This document shows, piece after piece, positions 30,025 to 38,355 of a stretch of 64,000 nucleotides of DNA. The notes under the pieces were generated by a model. That model was given only the letters and a program-made list of their open reading frames with translations, did no database searches and was not told the DNA's origin. Position numbers and translations under genes: made by a program. Position 1 is the first letter of the stretch, and every line of letters begins with the position of its first letter. The stretch comes from an uncultured Gammaproteobacteria bacterium (GTDB lineage Bacteria > Pseudomonadota > Gammaproteobacteria > Steroidobacterales > UBA11654): positions 160,990 through 224,989 of the forward strand of contig CACDKD010000002.1 in NCBI GenBank assembly GCA_902553145.1, written 5' to 3'.

Positions 30025-31246
30025 AGATTCTTGGCCAAGAATCATCGCTCTGGTTGATATGAACTCTTTTTTTGCATCCATCGAGCAAATGGATTATCCG
30101 GAGTTGTATGGAAGACCCGTTGGCGTTACAAATGGTCTACAAGGGACTTGCATCATCACCTGCTCTTATGAGGCTCGTTCTTGGGGCATCAAAACGGGCA
30201 TGCGGTTAAAAGAAGCTAGAAAATTATGTCCAGACATCATTCAAAGGCCCTCCAGACCCAAAAGATATGCGCAAATTTCCACTCGTATCATGTCTGCGCT
30301 CAAGGCCGTTACTCCCGATATTGAAGTCTTCTCTGTTGATGAGGCATTCTTAGACCTAACCCACTGCAAGAAGATTATTCATTCACCAGAGCAAATAGCA
30401 AAAAGAATTCAAGATCTTGTATGCAACGTATCAGGAATATCTTGTTCGGTTGGTATAAGCGGAGATAAAACGACTGCAAAATATGCTGCCAAACAAGACA
30501 AGCCTTATGGGATCACAATCATCCCTCCTCTTGATGCTGAGTCTAGATTGAAGAATGTTCCAGTAGATCAATTGTGCGGTATTGGAAAAGGCATAAAAAG
30601 ATTTCTCAATTCGCATGGAGTATATAAATGTGGCGATATGAAAAACATTCCAATCAGTGTTCTTGGTAAGCACTTTGGGCATCCAGGTCGAAGAATTTGG
30701 CTGATGGCTCAAGGCAAGGATCCTGAACAAATACAGACCACTGTCGCTCCGCCAAAATCAATAGGTCATGGAAAAGTTATGCCTCCAGATACTCGTGATA
30801 AAAGAGTCATCCTTACTTACTTACAGCACATGAGTGAAAAAGTGGGTGCACGACTTAGAAAACACGACTTTAAATCTTCGGCATTCTTCATTGGATTAAA
30901 ATCTAAAAACGGTTGGATAGGATCAAAACTAAAACTTGCCTACTCTATTGATGATGGCCTGAAGATCATGCAGCTCGGGGAAAATATGATTAGAAGCAGA
31001 TGGCATGGAGAAGGCATTCATCAGATACAAGTTACTGCTCTTAATCCACAACAATCAAACCAGCAAATTGATTTCCTGGAACAAGGCGAACATGCGAATA
31101 TTGCTGTTAAAAATAGAGTCATAGATTCAATCAATGAGAAATATGGCAACCTAACGATCGCACCCAGTAACTTAATGCATAGGTCAAGCATGCCTGATGT
31201 AATTGCACCGGCTTGGAAACCATCCGGCCATAGACAAACAATATAA
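29996..31246 (+). CDS. dinB: Y-family DNA polymerase (Pol IV / UmuC-like)
   Basis: 416 aa. IIALVDMNSFFASIE, TCSYEARSWGIKTGM, catalytic SVDEAFLDLT, and GISGDKTTAKYAAK. The only in-frame start upstream of the catalytic Asp is TTG 29996/29999, inside the lexA 3' end. Subfamily (DinB versus UmuC) is uncertain. Confidence 0.85.
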   Translation: MLANLEATNKDSWPRIIALVDMNSFFASIEQMDYPELYGRPVGVTNGLQGTCIITCSYEARSWGIKTGMRLKEARKLCPDIIQRPSRPKRYAQISTRIMSALKAVTPDIEVFSVDEAFLDLTHCKKIIHSPEQIAKRIQDLVCNVSGISCSVGISGDKTTAKYAAKQDKPYGITIIPPLDAESRLKNVPVDQLCGIGKGIKRFLNSHGVYKCGDMKNIPISVLGKHFGHPGRRIWLMAQGKDPEQIQTTVAPPKSIGHGKVMPPDTRDKRVILTYLQHMSEKVGARLRKHDFKSSAFFIGLKSKNGWIGSKLKLAYSIDDGLKIMQLGENMIRSRWHGEGIHQIQVTALNPQQSNQQIDFLEQGEHANIAVKNRVIDSINEKYGNLTIAPSNLMHRSSMPDVIAPAWKPSGHRQTI

Positions 31247-31250
31247 CGAC

Positions 31251-31661
31251 ATGTGTGGCGGAGCTTCATATACGCATAACGGTGATCACATGAGGGTATA
31301 TTTCCCAAATCCAAAAGCAAAACTCCCTGTCATCACGAAAGAAAGTGATACGAAATTAATACTCTGGGGAAGGCGTAAAGGACAATCGGGAAAACTTCCA
31401 TTAGGAGGATGGGCAAGATTAGATTCGATTCATGCTGGAATATGGGACAGATGGTTTCCAAAACCTGTAAAAATACCCGTATTGAGCTTTATGGAAAAAG
31501 ATCATGAGGGAAAAAGTCATTGGTTTGATTTAGTTAAAGGGCAGTGGATACAAGGTTTAATAGCAGTAGAAAAACAAGAACAGAGACTATACGTAGTAAC
31601 AATTGAACCGGAGCTTGAACACAGCATTCATGATCGATGGCCTAGGGTTATGAGTGGTTAG
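31251..31661 (+). CDS. short SRAP (SOS response-associated peptidase, YedK/DUF159)-like protein
   Basis: Starts MCGG (Cys2 nucleophile position). LILWG, GWARLDS (compare INARVET), FME (compare FEW) and IHDRWPRV (compare IHDRRPLV) are collinear with E. coli YedK. It is only 136 aa. The track ORF starts at 31203 inside the polymerase gene. Confidence 0.6.
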   Translation: MCGGASYTHNGDHMRVYFPNPKAKLPVITKESDTKLILWGRRKGQSGKLPLGGWARLDSIHAGIWDRWFPKPVKIPVLSFMEKDHEGKSHWFDLVKGQWIQGLIAVEKQEQRLYVVTIEPELEHSIHDRWPRVMSG

Positions 31662-31667
31662 AGCGAG

Positions 31668-32336
31668 TTAATCTCGCTTTCGGTTTTGCCTTCTCCAATC
31701 TTCAGGATCTAAAAAATCACCGCTCCAAATACCTGCTCTATTAACCATGGCTTCTATCATCTCTTCTTCGTATCGAGTCGAATAGCGAATATAAGCAACT
31801 GCCATTCCGGTTCTGACCATTTCAGATTGCAAGTCGACACCGTTTGCATAGCAGATACTCAGCGTTCTTCCATATTTATCCTCGCCTTCATCTGTGCATT
31901 CAACTTCATTTTTTCCAATGAGCTTCTTTAAAGCAGCGGTAGCCTTCTTTCCACAAGCCCAAATTTTTCCATTGGGTCTTTCGCAGTACTGAGTCAATCC
32001 ATAGTAATAGGATTCAGGAGCATCAATGCCACTGAATCTGATCTTAGTGTTGCCGATGGTAATGGTATCTCCATCAACAACGGTGGCTTTTCCTTTGATA
32101 TAGATCTTATCTTTTCTCTCTTTTTGATTCGCTCGTTCATCTCCCAGAGTATCTTCACGATAGTCCTCTACAAGATTCATAGGTATCTCGTCCGATTGAA
32201 TTGGTGAGTCAGTCATCGGGATATCAAATGGATCCGGCTCATCATCAATTTCCTGAGCGATGATGTTAAATGCAAAGAATGAGATAACGACTAGGAAATA
32301 CATTACTGGTTTGCTTATTTTCATAGATCTGGTCAA
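31668..32336 (-). CDS. secreted staphylococcal-nuclease-like (SNase/thermonuclease) protein
   Basis: Signal or TM segment at the N-terminus. Then VVDGDTI......IR..GIDAPE and D.YGR....C......L...MV..G.A. Confidence 0.8.
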   Translation of the reverse strand: MTRSMKISKPVMYFLVVISFFAFNIIAQEIDDEPDPFDIPMTDSPIQSDEIPMNLVEDYREDTLGDERANQKERKDKIYIKGKATVVDGDTITIGNTKIRFSGIDAPESYYYGLTQYCERPNGKIWACGKKATAALKKLIGKNEVECTDEGEDKYGRTLSICYANGVDLQSEMVRTGMAVAYIRYSTRYEEEMIEAMVNRAGIWSGDFLDPEDWRRQNRKRD

Positions 32337-33136
32337 TTGGGCATCCTTTTATTGGTTAAATACTTACCTACTGTTTTGGTTAATATCTTCGGAATAACCA
32401 TTGAGATTAAAGCAAAGAACTTATTTAACCAACCATTAATGATTAAATTTTTTCCGCTCATAACCGCTTTATATCCTTGCTCTGCTACCTTTTCTGAACT
32501 CATCCATAAAAAATCAGGTGTGTTTGCAACCTCAGGCATATTTGCGGCAATATGAAATTCACTTCTGGTGAGTCCTGGACACAATGCCGTACAAAAAATG
32601 TTTTGATCCATGTATTCATAATGGATCCCTTCTGAGAGTTTGATTTGATAAATCTTTACAGGGCTGTAAAGACCCCCTCTGTCTGCGGGAGGTATATAAG
32701 GAGCCAAAGATGCAACGTTGATAATTCTTCCATACCGTCTATCGATCATTCCAGGCAAAAAGATATGTATCAGTTCTGTCACGGAACCAATCATCACCTG
32801 AATAAAATCGGAATGCTCATCCCATCTTACTTTTTCAAATGATTGTGGATTACCATAACCTGCATTATTAACCAGCGCATCAATGTGGATATTTTGCTCT
32901 TTGCAAAAGTTAAATATTTCTCTTGGTGCAACTTCATTGCTCAAGTCAGCTGAAATAATATGAATCTCTTGATTCTTTGATGTTTGCAATAAATTGGCTT
33001 TGATTGCTTCCAATCTATCCGTTCTCCTTGCGGTCAATACAAGATTGAAACCATTCTTAAAAAATACCTCTGCAAATGATTTGCCAATCCCTGCTGAAGC
33101 GCCAGTGATTAGAACAGTCTTGTTTTGATCACTCAT
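32333..33136 (-). CDS. short-chain dehydrogenase/reductase (SDR)
   Basis: 267 aa. VLITGASAGIGKSFA, NNAGYG, and the S...Y..K pattern (YSPVK). Hydrophobic C-terminal helix. Confidence 0.85.
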   Translation of the reverse strand: MSDQNKTVLITGASAGIGKSFAEVFFKNGFNLVLTARRTDRLEAIKANLLQTSKNQEIHIISADLSNEVAPREIFNFCKEQNIHIDALVNNAGYGNPQSFEKVRWDEHSDFIQVMIGSVTELIHIFLPGMIDRRYGRIINVASLAPYIPPADRGGLYSPVKIYQIKLSEGIHYEYMDQNIFCTALCPGLTRSEFHIAANMPEVANTPDFLWMSSEKVAEQGYKAVMSGKNLIINGWLNKFFALISMVIPKILTKTVGKYLTNKRMPN

Positions 33137-33161
33137 TTCAATTCTTTATAAGATTGAAACC

Positions 33162-33299
33162 TCATGAATCTTCCTTTATCAGATCTTTGATTTCTTTCTT
33201 TTGATTTTTTCTTTTATATCTTTTTTTAGGCTCATGAATTTTCGAAATAGCATGAGCAGGTGATTTTTTTCTAGTTTTAATATTCTTCTTGTCTGTCAT
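33162..33299 (-). CDS. candidate 45-aa lysine-rich basic protein (below the ORF-track size cutoff)
   Basis: Hand translation: MTDKKNIKTRKKSPAHAISKIHEPKKRYKRKNQKKEIKDLIKEDS*. Its ATG overlaps the TGA of the upstream cytochrome gene as ATGA. It fills most of an otherwise empty 159-bp gap in a tight operon. The AT-rich background makes K-rich ORFs easy to get by chance. Confidence 0.35.
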   Translation of the reverse strand: MTDKKNIKTRKKSPAHAISKIHEPKKRYKRKNQKKEIKDLIKEDS

Positions 33300-34312
33300 T
33301 GCATCTCACTAATCCATTCTGTAATAAGATCAATGGCCTCAATATGCATCAGAGATCTTCCTGATTCAGGCATCATGATGTCTGGTTCATTGGAAAGCAT
33401 TCGAAATAAAAGGATCGATTCTTCAGGATGGCCCGGAACAATCGAGTAGCTCAGCCCCCCGCTTCCTCTTCCCGCAGCAACCGGTTTCTTGTATATGCCA
33501 AATTCTTCGTCATCAATTGATAAATACAAACCCGATGAACTTGCAGAACCTTCTGAAGAATGGCAATGGCCACAATTTATATCTAGATATGATCTTGCTC
33601 TATTGTCGATATCATAATTCTGATCAAATGCATCCACCATTAAATAATTTGAATACCTCTTTTCCTCTAGAAACCCCAAGGTTGTCCAATGACTAATTTG
33701 ATTGGTCATTTCTTGGTTCTGATAAGAAATCGCCTTATTGATGTTTCTTGGCTTGGGTCCTATAGGTTCTACAACATCATTCTTTAAATGGCATTCTTTG
33801 CATTGATTCTTGTTCGGTGCTCTATACCTTATGCTGGCTGCATTTGAAGGAGTGATGACATCAGTCACTTCAATGGTCTTGCCGCCCAATGCCAAGTAAG
33901 CGTCTCCTTTCTCAATATCCCAGACATACGTCAATGCATCCCATCCATTTTTTCTATTAAGCAATAAACGAGTTTCAAGCAGCAGTGTCCCGCCATCGAT
34001 GTTTTGATAAGAAAAAGTTTTAATTAGTGCTGCACCGATCGGAAAATTAAAAACTTCTTCGCCATTATATTTTGCAGTTGTGCCATCCGGTAGATAAACA
34101 AAACGGTGCTTATCCGTGTAGTCAGAGAAGAGTGATGTGATGAGCTCATAAGGGACCACATCATCGTTTGGGATTTGCCTTAATGGATCAGAAAAAAAAT
34201 TAAACTCAGACAATGTCTTTGGTGTTTGATCAGAAAGAATCGCATCGTCATTTACTGCAATAGCACTGCTTGAGAAGCATATCAAAATGAAACAAATCAG
34301 TAGGTTCTTCAT
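33296..34312 (-). CDS. periplasmic diheme c-type cytochrome (SO_2930/HNE_0200-like family)
   Basis: 338 aa. Signal peptide and two CXXCH motifs (NQCKECH and INCGHCH). It is paired with a parallel beta-helix protein, the known partner of this family (recalled TIGR03805/TIGR03806 pairing). Confidence 0.7.
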   Translation of the reverse strand: MKNLLICFILICFSSSAIAVNDDAILSDQTPKTLSEFNFFSDPLRQIPNDDVVPYELITSLFSDYTDKHRFVYLPDGTTAKYNGEEVFNFPIGAALIKTFSYQNIDGGTLLLETRLLLNRKNGWDALTYVWDIEKGDAYLALGGKTIEVTDVITPSNAASIRYRAPNKNQCKECHLKNDVVEPIGPKPRNINKAISYQNQEMTNQISHWTTLGFLEEKRYSNYLMVDAFDQNYDIDNRARSYLDINCGHCHSSEGSASSSGLYLSIDDEEFGIYKKPVAAGRGSGGLSYSIVPGHPEESILLFRMLSNEPDIMMPESGRSLMHIEAIDLITEWISEMQ

Positions 34313-34318
34313 GTTTTC

Positions 34319-35572
34319 TTAGTCAATTATGACTGGGGTTAGGGGTGTTATTGTTCCAGAATATGCAGACTGATCCCGACTAAGTTGATTTGGTAATGAA
34401 AGCATGTACCTTATCGGATTCATTACAGCAAAACCTATCTCCCCATTATCTTTTATAATCAATCTATCTTCTTCGGGCTGTCCTAAAATCATTTGTTTTA
34501 TGGGTAAAACGCCGTCCCAGAAAACATCCGGCATATCCCCTTTTGATATCTCAAATAGAATGGATGCAATGTCCTTATCTAAATCTGGGTTATTGCCTGA
34601 CCGACTGATTGCATTATTGTGTATTTGAACCGATTTAGGATGTGGATAATATCCAGAATCAGTAAAATCAACCGAGTCACCGTCATTGATGTAACTCACC
34701 ACAGCAATGCCAACGGTTTCATGATCCTCAATTTGATTATTAAAGATCTCGACATTTGAATTTGCCATGATAATTATTCCTGTTCCACGAGGGACTTCCC
34801 CAACAATGTTCCCTTCGGGAGCGAAATTATCTGTGTTGTTATCCGATATTGAGTTATCAAAAACCCTCACATCATGCCCGCCTTGCTGCGGTAAACCAGG
34901 CAAATCGAAGACTAGGATTCCTCCTGTATTATTGACAGCGGTATTGTTGTAAACATCGGCATAATAAGAATTTTCAATCTCAATTCCTGCGACATTAAAT
35001 TTTGCAATGGAGTTTCTAACAATAATATTCTCAGACTGGCCGACATAGATGCCTGCATCAGATGCTCCAATTGCAATGCAACCCTCTATAAGGACATTTT
35101 TTGACTCCACTGGGTATAAGCCATAAGCCCCATTCGTTGACAAAGGTCCACCCGACCATTCAGTTCTAATATTGATAAAAGATATTCCATCGCTGCCTTT
35201 AACTTTGATGGCATCTCCTTTTGTATCCAATACAGCAAAGTCTCTCAAAACGACATCATCCGAAGTAACCATAAGTCCTTGCGCACCTGATTTTTGCTCA
35301 GAAAAATCTAAGATCGTTTCTTCGTGACCATTCCCTTGAATCGTAACACTATCAATATCCAAAGAGAGACTGTCTTCAAGCTCATAAATGCCTGAAGTGA
35401 GCTGAACAATATCGCCAGGCTCTGCAAGAATTAGAGCCTCTTGTAGTCGCTCCTGAGAGTTTTCAGAAGGTGCAATGATGATCACTTCAGAATAAACATC
35501 AAATGACAATGCTAAAAAACATCCGATGATTAGAATCAAGAAATCCTTTCTCAAACGTTTTACCATCCGCAT
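34319..35572 (-). CDS. exported parallel beta-helix repeat protein (NosD-like)
   Basis: 417 aa. Signal peptide, then repeated beta-helix turns: VLIEGCIAIGASDAGIYVGQSENIIVRNSIAKFNVAGIEIENSYYADVYNNTAVNNTGGILVF. Confidence 0.75.
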   Translation of the reverse strand: MRMVKRLRKDFLILIIGCFLALSFDVYSEVIIIAPSENSQERLQEALILAEPGDIVQLTSGIYELEDSLSLDIDSVTIQGNGHEETILDFSEQKSGAQGLMVTSDDVVLRDFAVLDTKGDAIKVKGSDGISFINIRTEWSGGPLSTNGAYGLYPVESKNVLIEGCIAIGASDAGIYVGQSENIIVRNSIAKFNVAGIEIENSYYADVYNNTAVNNTGGILVFDLPGLPQQGGHDVRVFDNSISDNNTDNFAPEGNIVGEVPRGTGIIIMANSNVEIFNNQIEDHETVGIAVVSYINDGDSVDFTDSGYYPHPKSVQIHNNAISRSGNNPDLDKDIASILFEISKGDMPDVFWDGVLPIKQMILGQPEEDRLIIKDNGEIGFAVMNPIRYMLSLPNQLSRDQSAYSGTITPLTPVIID

Positions 35573-37368
35573 GCCCTTCCCTCATTTTGATCATCCAGCC
35601 ATTCTTTCAAAGGCTCATAATAATTTAACAATGATTTTCCACTGAGTGTCCGCTGACCAGTGATTTTCTCAAGAGCATCGGGCCAAGGCTCACTTTGACC
35701 AACAGCCAACATATTTCTCAAACGTAAACCCGCTTCCTTATTTCCATAAATAGAGCATTCATGTAAATCTCCATCAAACCCCATTGACTCACACAATGCT
35801 TCATGAAACTGGTACTGCAATACCCTTGCAAGATAATATCTTGTATAAGGTGTATTACCTGGAATATGGTATTTTGCTCCGGGATCAAAAGCATCTACTG
35901 GTCTCTCAATCGGAGATGCAACGCCTTGATATTTCTCCCTCAATTCCCACCAGTAGTCATTGAGTTGATCGTCACTCAGATTTCCATCAAAAACAGCCAT
36001 TCTCCATTTATCAAGCATCAAGGTCCATGGCACAGCAACAACTCCTTCTAATGCTTGTTTCATTAGCAAACCAATCGCATTTTCCTTGCTTCTCTCAGCC
36101 TCTTCCTCAGATATAAAATCAATGTCTTTCAAATAACTTGGCGTGATTGACAAGGACAATAAATCTCCCACAGCCTCATGAAATCCATCATTTGCCCCAC
36201 TCTGAAAGACCTCAGGAAGGTCGGCATATGCCTGATAGTAAAAGATATGTCCAAGCTCATGATGAATAGTAATAAAGTCTTCTTCATTCTTTTGTATACA
36301 CATTTTAATTCTAAGATCTTGTTTTTGACTGTCTATATCCCAAGCGCTCGCGTGACAAACAACATCTCTGTCTTTTGGTTTTACAAATAAAGATCGATCC
36401 CAGAAAGTATCCGTCAATGGATCAAAACCCAATGACAAAAAGAATGATTCAGCAATCTCGACCATTTCGACCTCTGATAGCTCTCTATCTAATATGATTT
36501 GAGTGAGATCTATTGAACTGGTGTCATCAAAATCATAGACAATATCTGAGATATTACTCCAAGATTGAGCCCACATATTGCCGAGCAAGTGAGCAGGTAT
36601 AGGCTTATCGATAGGAACAATTTCATCTCCATAATAATCATTCAGCTCAGCCCTGACATGGCATTGCAAACTTTCATAAAGTGGACGCATATCTTCATAG
36701 ACCTGATCAACAAGCAAAGAAAATTCCTCGTTGGACATGTCGTATTTACTGAACCAGAGATCCGATAAGCCACTAAATCCAAGATCACTTGATCCTTGGT
36801 TTCCAATTTCAACCATTCTTAAGTACTTGTCCTTCATGGGTGGGCTGATTTGCCTCCAACCGCTCCATGCTTTCAAAAGCTCATCGGGATCTCTTGAGTT
36901 ATCAATAATTGACTCAAATGCTTCCAAGTCATAGCAGTCGTCTTCCCTAAAACAATGTTTGCCCGTGCCATACATGGCTTCAAGTTCAGTCATAATCTGA
37001 GAGAGTTCACCGGCAAGATCTTCATCGAGTGGAGGTGGCATAACAAAACCATTCTTGATTAAATTAAGGGCTCTTCGATCCAAAGGATCAAGGTCTAAAC
37101 CGTCAAATGATGCAGCTGTTCTGGCAGACTCTAAAGCATCAAGGGTATATCTCTTTGAGTAATCTGCAGCGATCACTTGGGAATCATGGCTGATAAAGTT
37201 TGATGCTATCCAAAAAGCTGAAGATATCACAGGAGCATCTTGAGTGTATTTCTTCTCGTACTCAGAAAGGAATTCCTTAACGTCATCTTCTGAAAGGTTA
37301 CTTCCTTGATCATTGGAGCAACCAACAATGAGAGCAAGAATGCATATGCTTAAAAATATTTTTTTCAT
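35560..37368 (-). CDS. peptidyl-dipeptidase A / angiotensin-converting-enzyme-like M2 metallopeptidase, lipoprotein
   Basis: 602 aa. Lipobox LIVGC. Zinc motif HHELGHIFYYQAY plus downstream FHEAVGD, matching the ACE HHEMGH...HEAIGD arrangement. Confidence 0.8.
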   Translation of the reverse strand: MKKIFLSICILALIVGCSNDQGSNLSEDDVKEFLSEYEKKYTQDAPVISSAFWIASNFISHDSQVIAADYSKRYTLDALESARTAASFDGLDLDPLDRRALNLIKNGFVMPPPLDEDLAGELSQIMTELEAMYGTGKHCFREDDCYDLEAFESIIDNSRDPDELLKAWSGWRQISPPMKDKYLRMVEIGNQGSSDLGFSGLSDLWFSKYDMSNEEFSLLVDQVYEDMRPLYESLQCHVRAELNDYYGDEIVPIDKPIPAHLLGNMWAQSWSNISDIVYDFDDTSSIDLTQIILDRELSEVEMVEIAESFFLSLGFDPLTDTFWDRSLFVKPKDRDVVCHASAWDIDSQKQDLRIKMCIQKNEEDFITIHHELGHIFYYQAYADLPEVFQSGANDGFHEAVGDLLSLSITPSYLKDIDFISEEEAERSKENAIGLLMKQALEGVVAVPWTLMLDKWRMAVFDGNLSDDQLNDYWWELREKYQGVASPIERPVDAFDPGAKYHIPGNTPYTRYYLARVLQYQFHEALCESMGFDGDLHECSIYGNKEAGLRLRNMLAVGQSEPWPDALEKITGQRTLSGKSLLNYYEPLKEWLDDQNEGRACGW

Positions 37369-37408
37369 ACAAAGATTATAACTATTTTATGAAGATTTAG
37401 ATAAGTGA

Positions 37409-37603
37409 TCAGAATAGATCTGTTTCATTGGTGTAAGTAACCTTATCAAACTCATTTTCCTGATTAATGGTAATTATGATTGGTGAGCAGCAAACAAAAC
37501 AATCTTCAGTATATTTTTGTTCACTAATTGAGGCATCAATTACAATCGTAATTCGTTCACCACAGTTTGGGCAAACTATTTCATATTCATCAAGAAGTGA
37601 CAT
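37409..37603 (-). CDS. CPXCG-motif cysteine-rich small protein (zinc-ribbon-like)
   Basis: 64 aa. CPNCG ... CFVCC, i.e. four or five Cys arranged as two knuckles. Confidence 0.7.
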   Translation of the reverse strand: MSLLDEYEIVCPNCGERITIVIDASISEQKYTEDCFVCCSPIIITINQENEFDKVTYTNETDLF

Positions 37604-37658
37604 TGAAAACTGAGAGATTAAGAATCATATTACATAAAACAATATCAATGGCAGACTC

Positions 37659-37748
37659 TGGCGGAGAGGGAGGGATTCGAACCCCCGGACGGTTTAACCC
37701 GTCAACGGTTTTCAAGACCGCCGCATTCGACCGCTCTGCCACCTCTCC
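37659..37748 (-). tRNA. tRNA-Ser (anticodon TGA)
   Basis: Reverse complement: GGAGAGGTGGCAGAGCGGTCGAATGCGGCGGTCTTGAAAACCGTTGACGGGTTAAACCGTCCGGGGGTTCGAATCCCTCCCTCTCCGCCA. 90 nt with a long variable arm, anticodon loop CTTGAAA and an encoded CCA. Confidence 0.93.
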
Positions 37749-37900
37749 ATGAGATTCAGATAAGTATTCTATAGAGAATCATAAGGTTTTAAAACAATAA
37801 ATAGAAAGCCTGAGTGATGTTTATTCGCAACTTGATATAATAAAGTAATAAATACAACATAAAGCAATATGCTCAGTTCAAATCAAATTTCAATAAGCCC

Positions 37901-38317
37901 ATGGTTGTAGTTCAAAAAAGCGTTGCTCACCCTTGGATGTGTGATGTTTTAGGCCATATGACGACTCGTCATTACATAGCAATGTTTGATGACGCAGCTT
38001 ACCACATGCTTTATGAAGTCTTTGGATGGACGGGTTCTAGCGACGATGAAAATAAAATTGCATGGGCAGATGTGAATCACACGATTGATTATAAGTCTGA
38101 AGTCTCGGCGGGCGACATACTTGAAATTGAGGCTAAACTCACAAAAATAGGCAATAAATCGATCACCATATATTACGAAATGAAAAATCTTGGAAAAAAT
38201 GAAGTGGCTGCTTCACTACAAGTTATTTCTGTTCTTTTTGATCTAGAGTCAAGAGAGTCCGTTAAAATCTCAGAGGAATTAAAAGAACTCGCATCTAAAC
38301 ATTTAGATAACAACTAA
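37901..38317 (+). CDS. acyl-CoA thioesterase, 4HBT/hotdog fold
   Basis: 138 aa. The D..GHM....Y...FD.A pattern is typical of the YbgC/4HBT class. It is a paralogue of 44395..44874. Confidence 0.7.
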   Translation: MVVVQKSVAHPWMCDVLGHMTTRHYIAMFDDAAYHMLYEVFGWTGSSDDENKIAWADVNHTIDYKSEVSAGDILEIEAKLTKIGNKSITIYYEMKNLGKNEVAASLQVISVLFDLESRESVKISEELKELASKHLDNN

Positions 38318-38355
38318 AAGGACAACTTGAAGTCATTGACTTAGGCTTATCAGCT

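Noticed and set aside
31021-31320. 99-aa minus-strand ORF bridging the polymerase/SRAP junction
   Set aside because: It is antisense to two motif-supported genes and is a shadow ORF.
38318-38355. Possible bidirectional terminator hairpin (AAGTCA-T-TGACTT) between the convergent thioesterase and SRPBCC genes
   Set aside because: The palindrome leaves a 1-nt loop, so the effective stem is only 4-5 bp, and there is no flanking U-tract. This is too weak to call.
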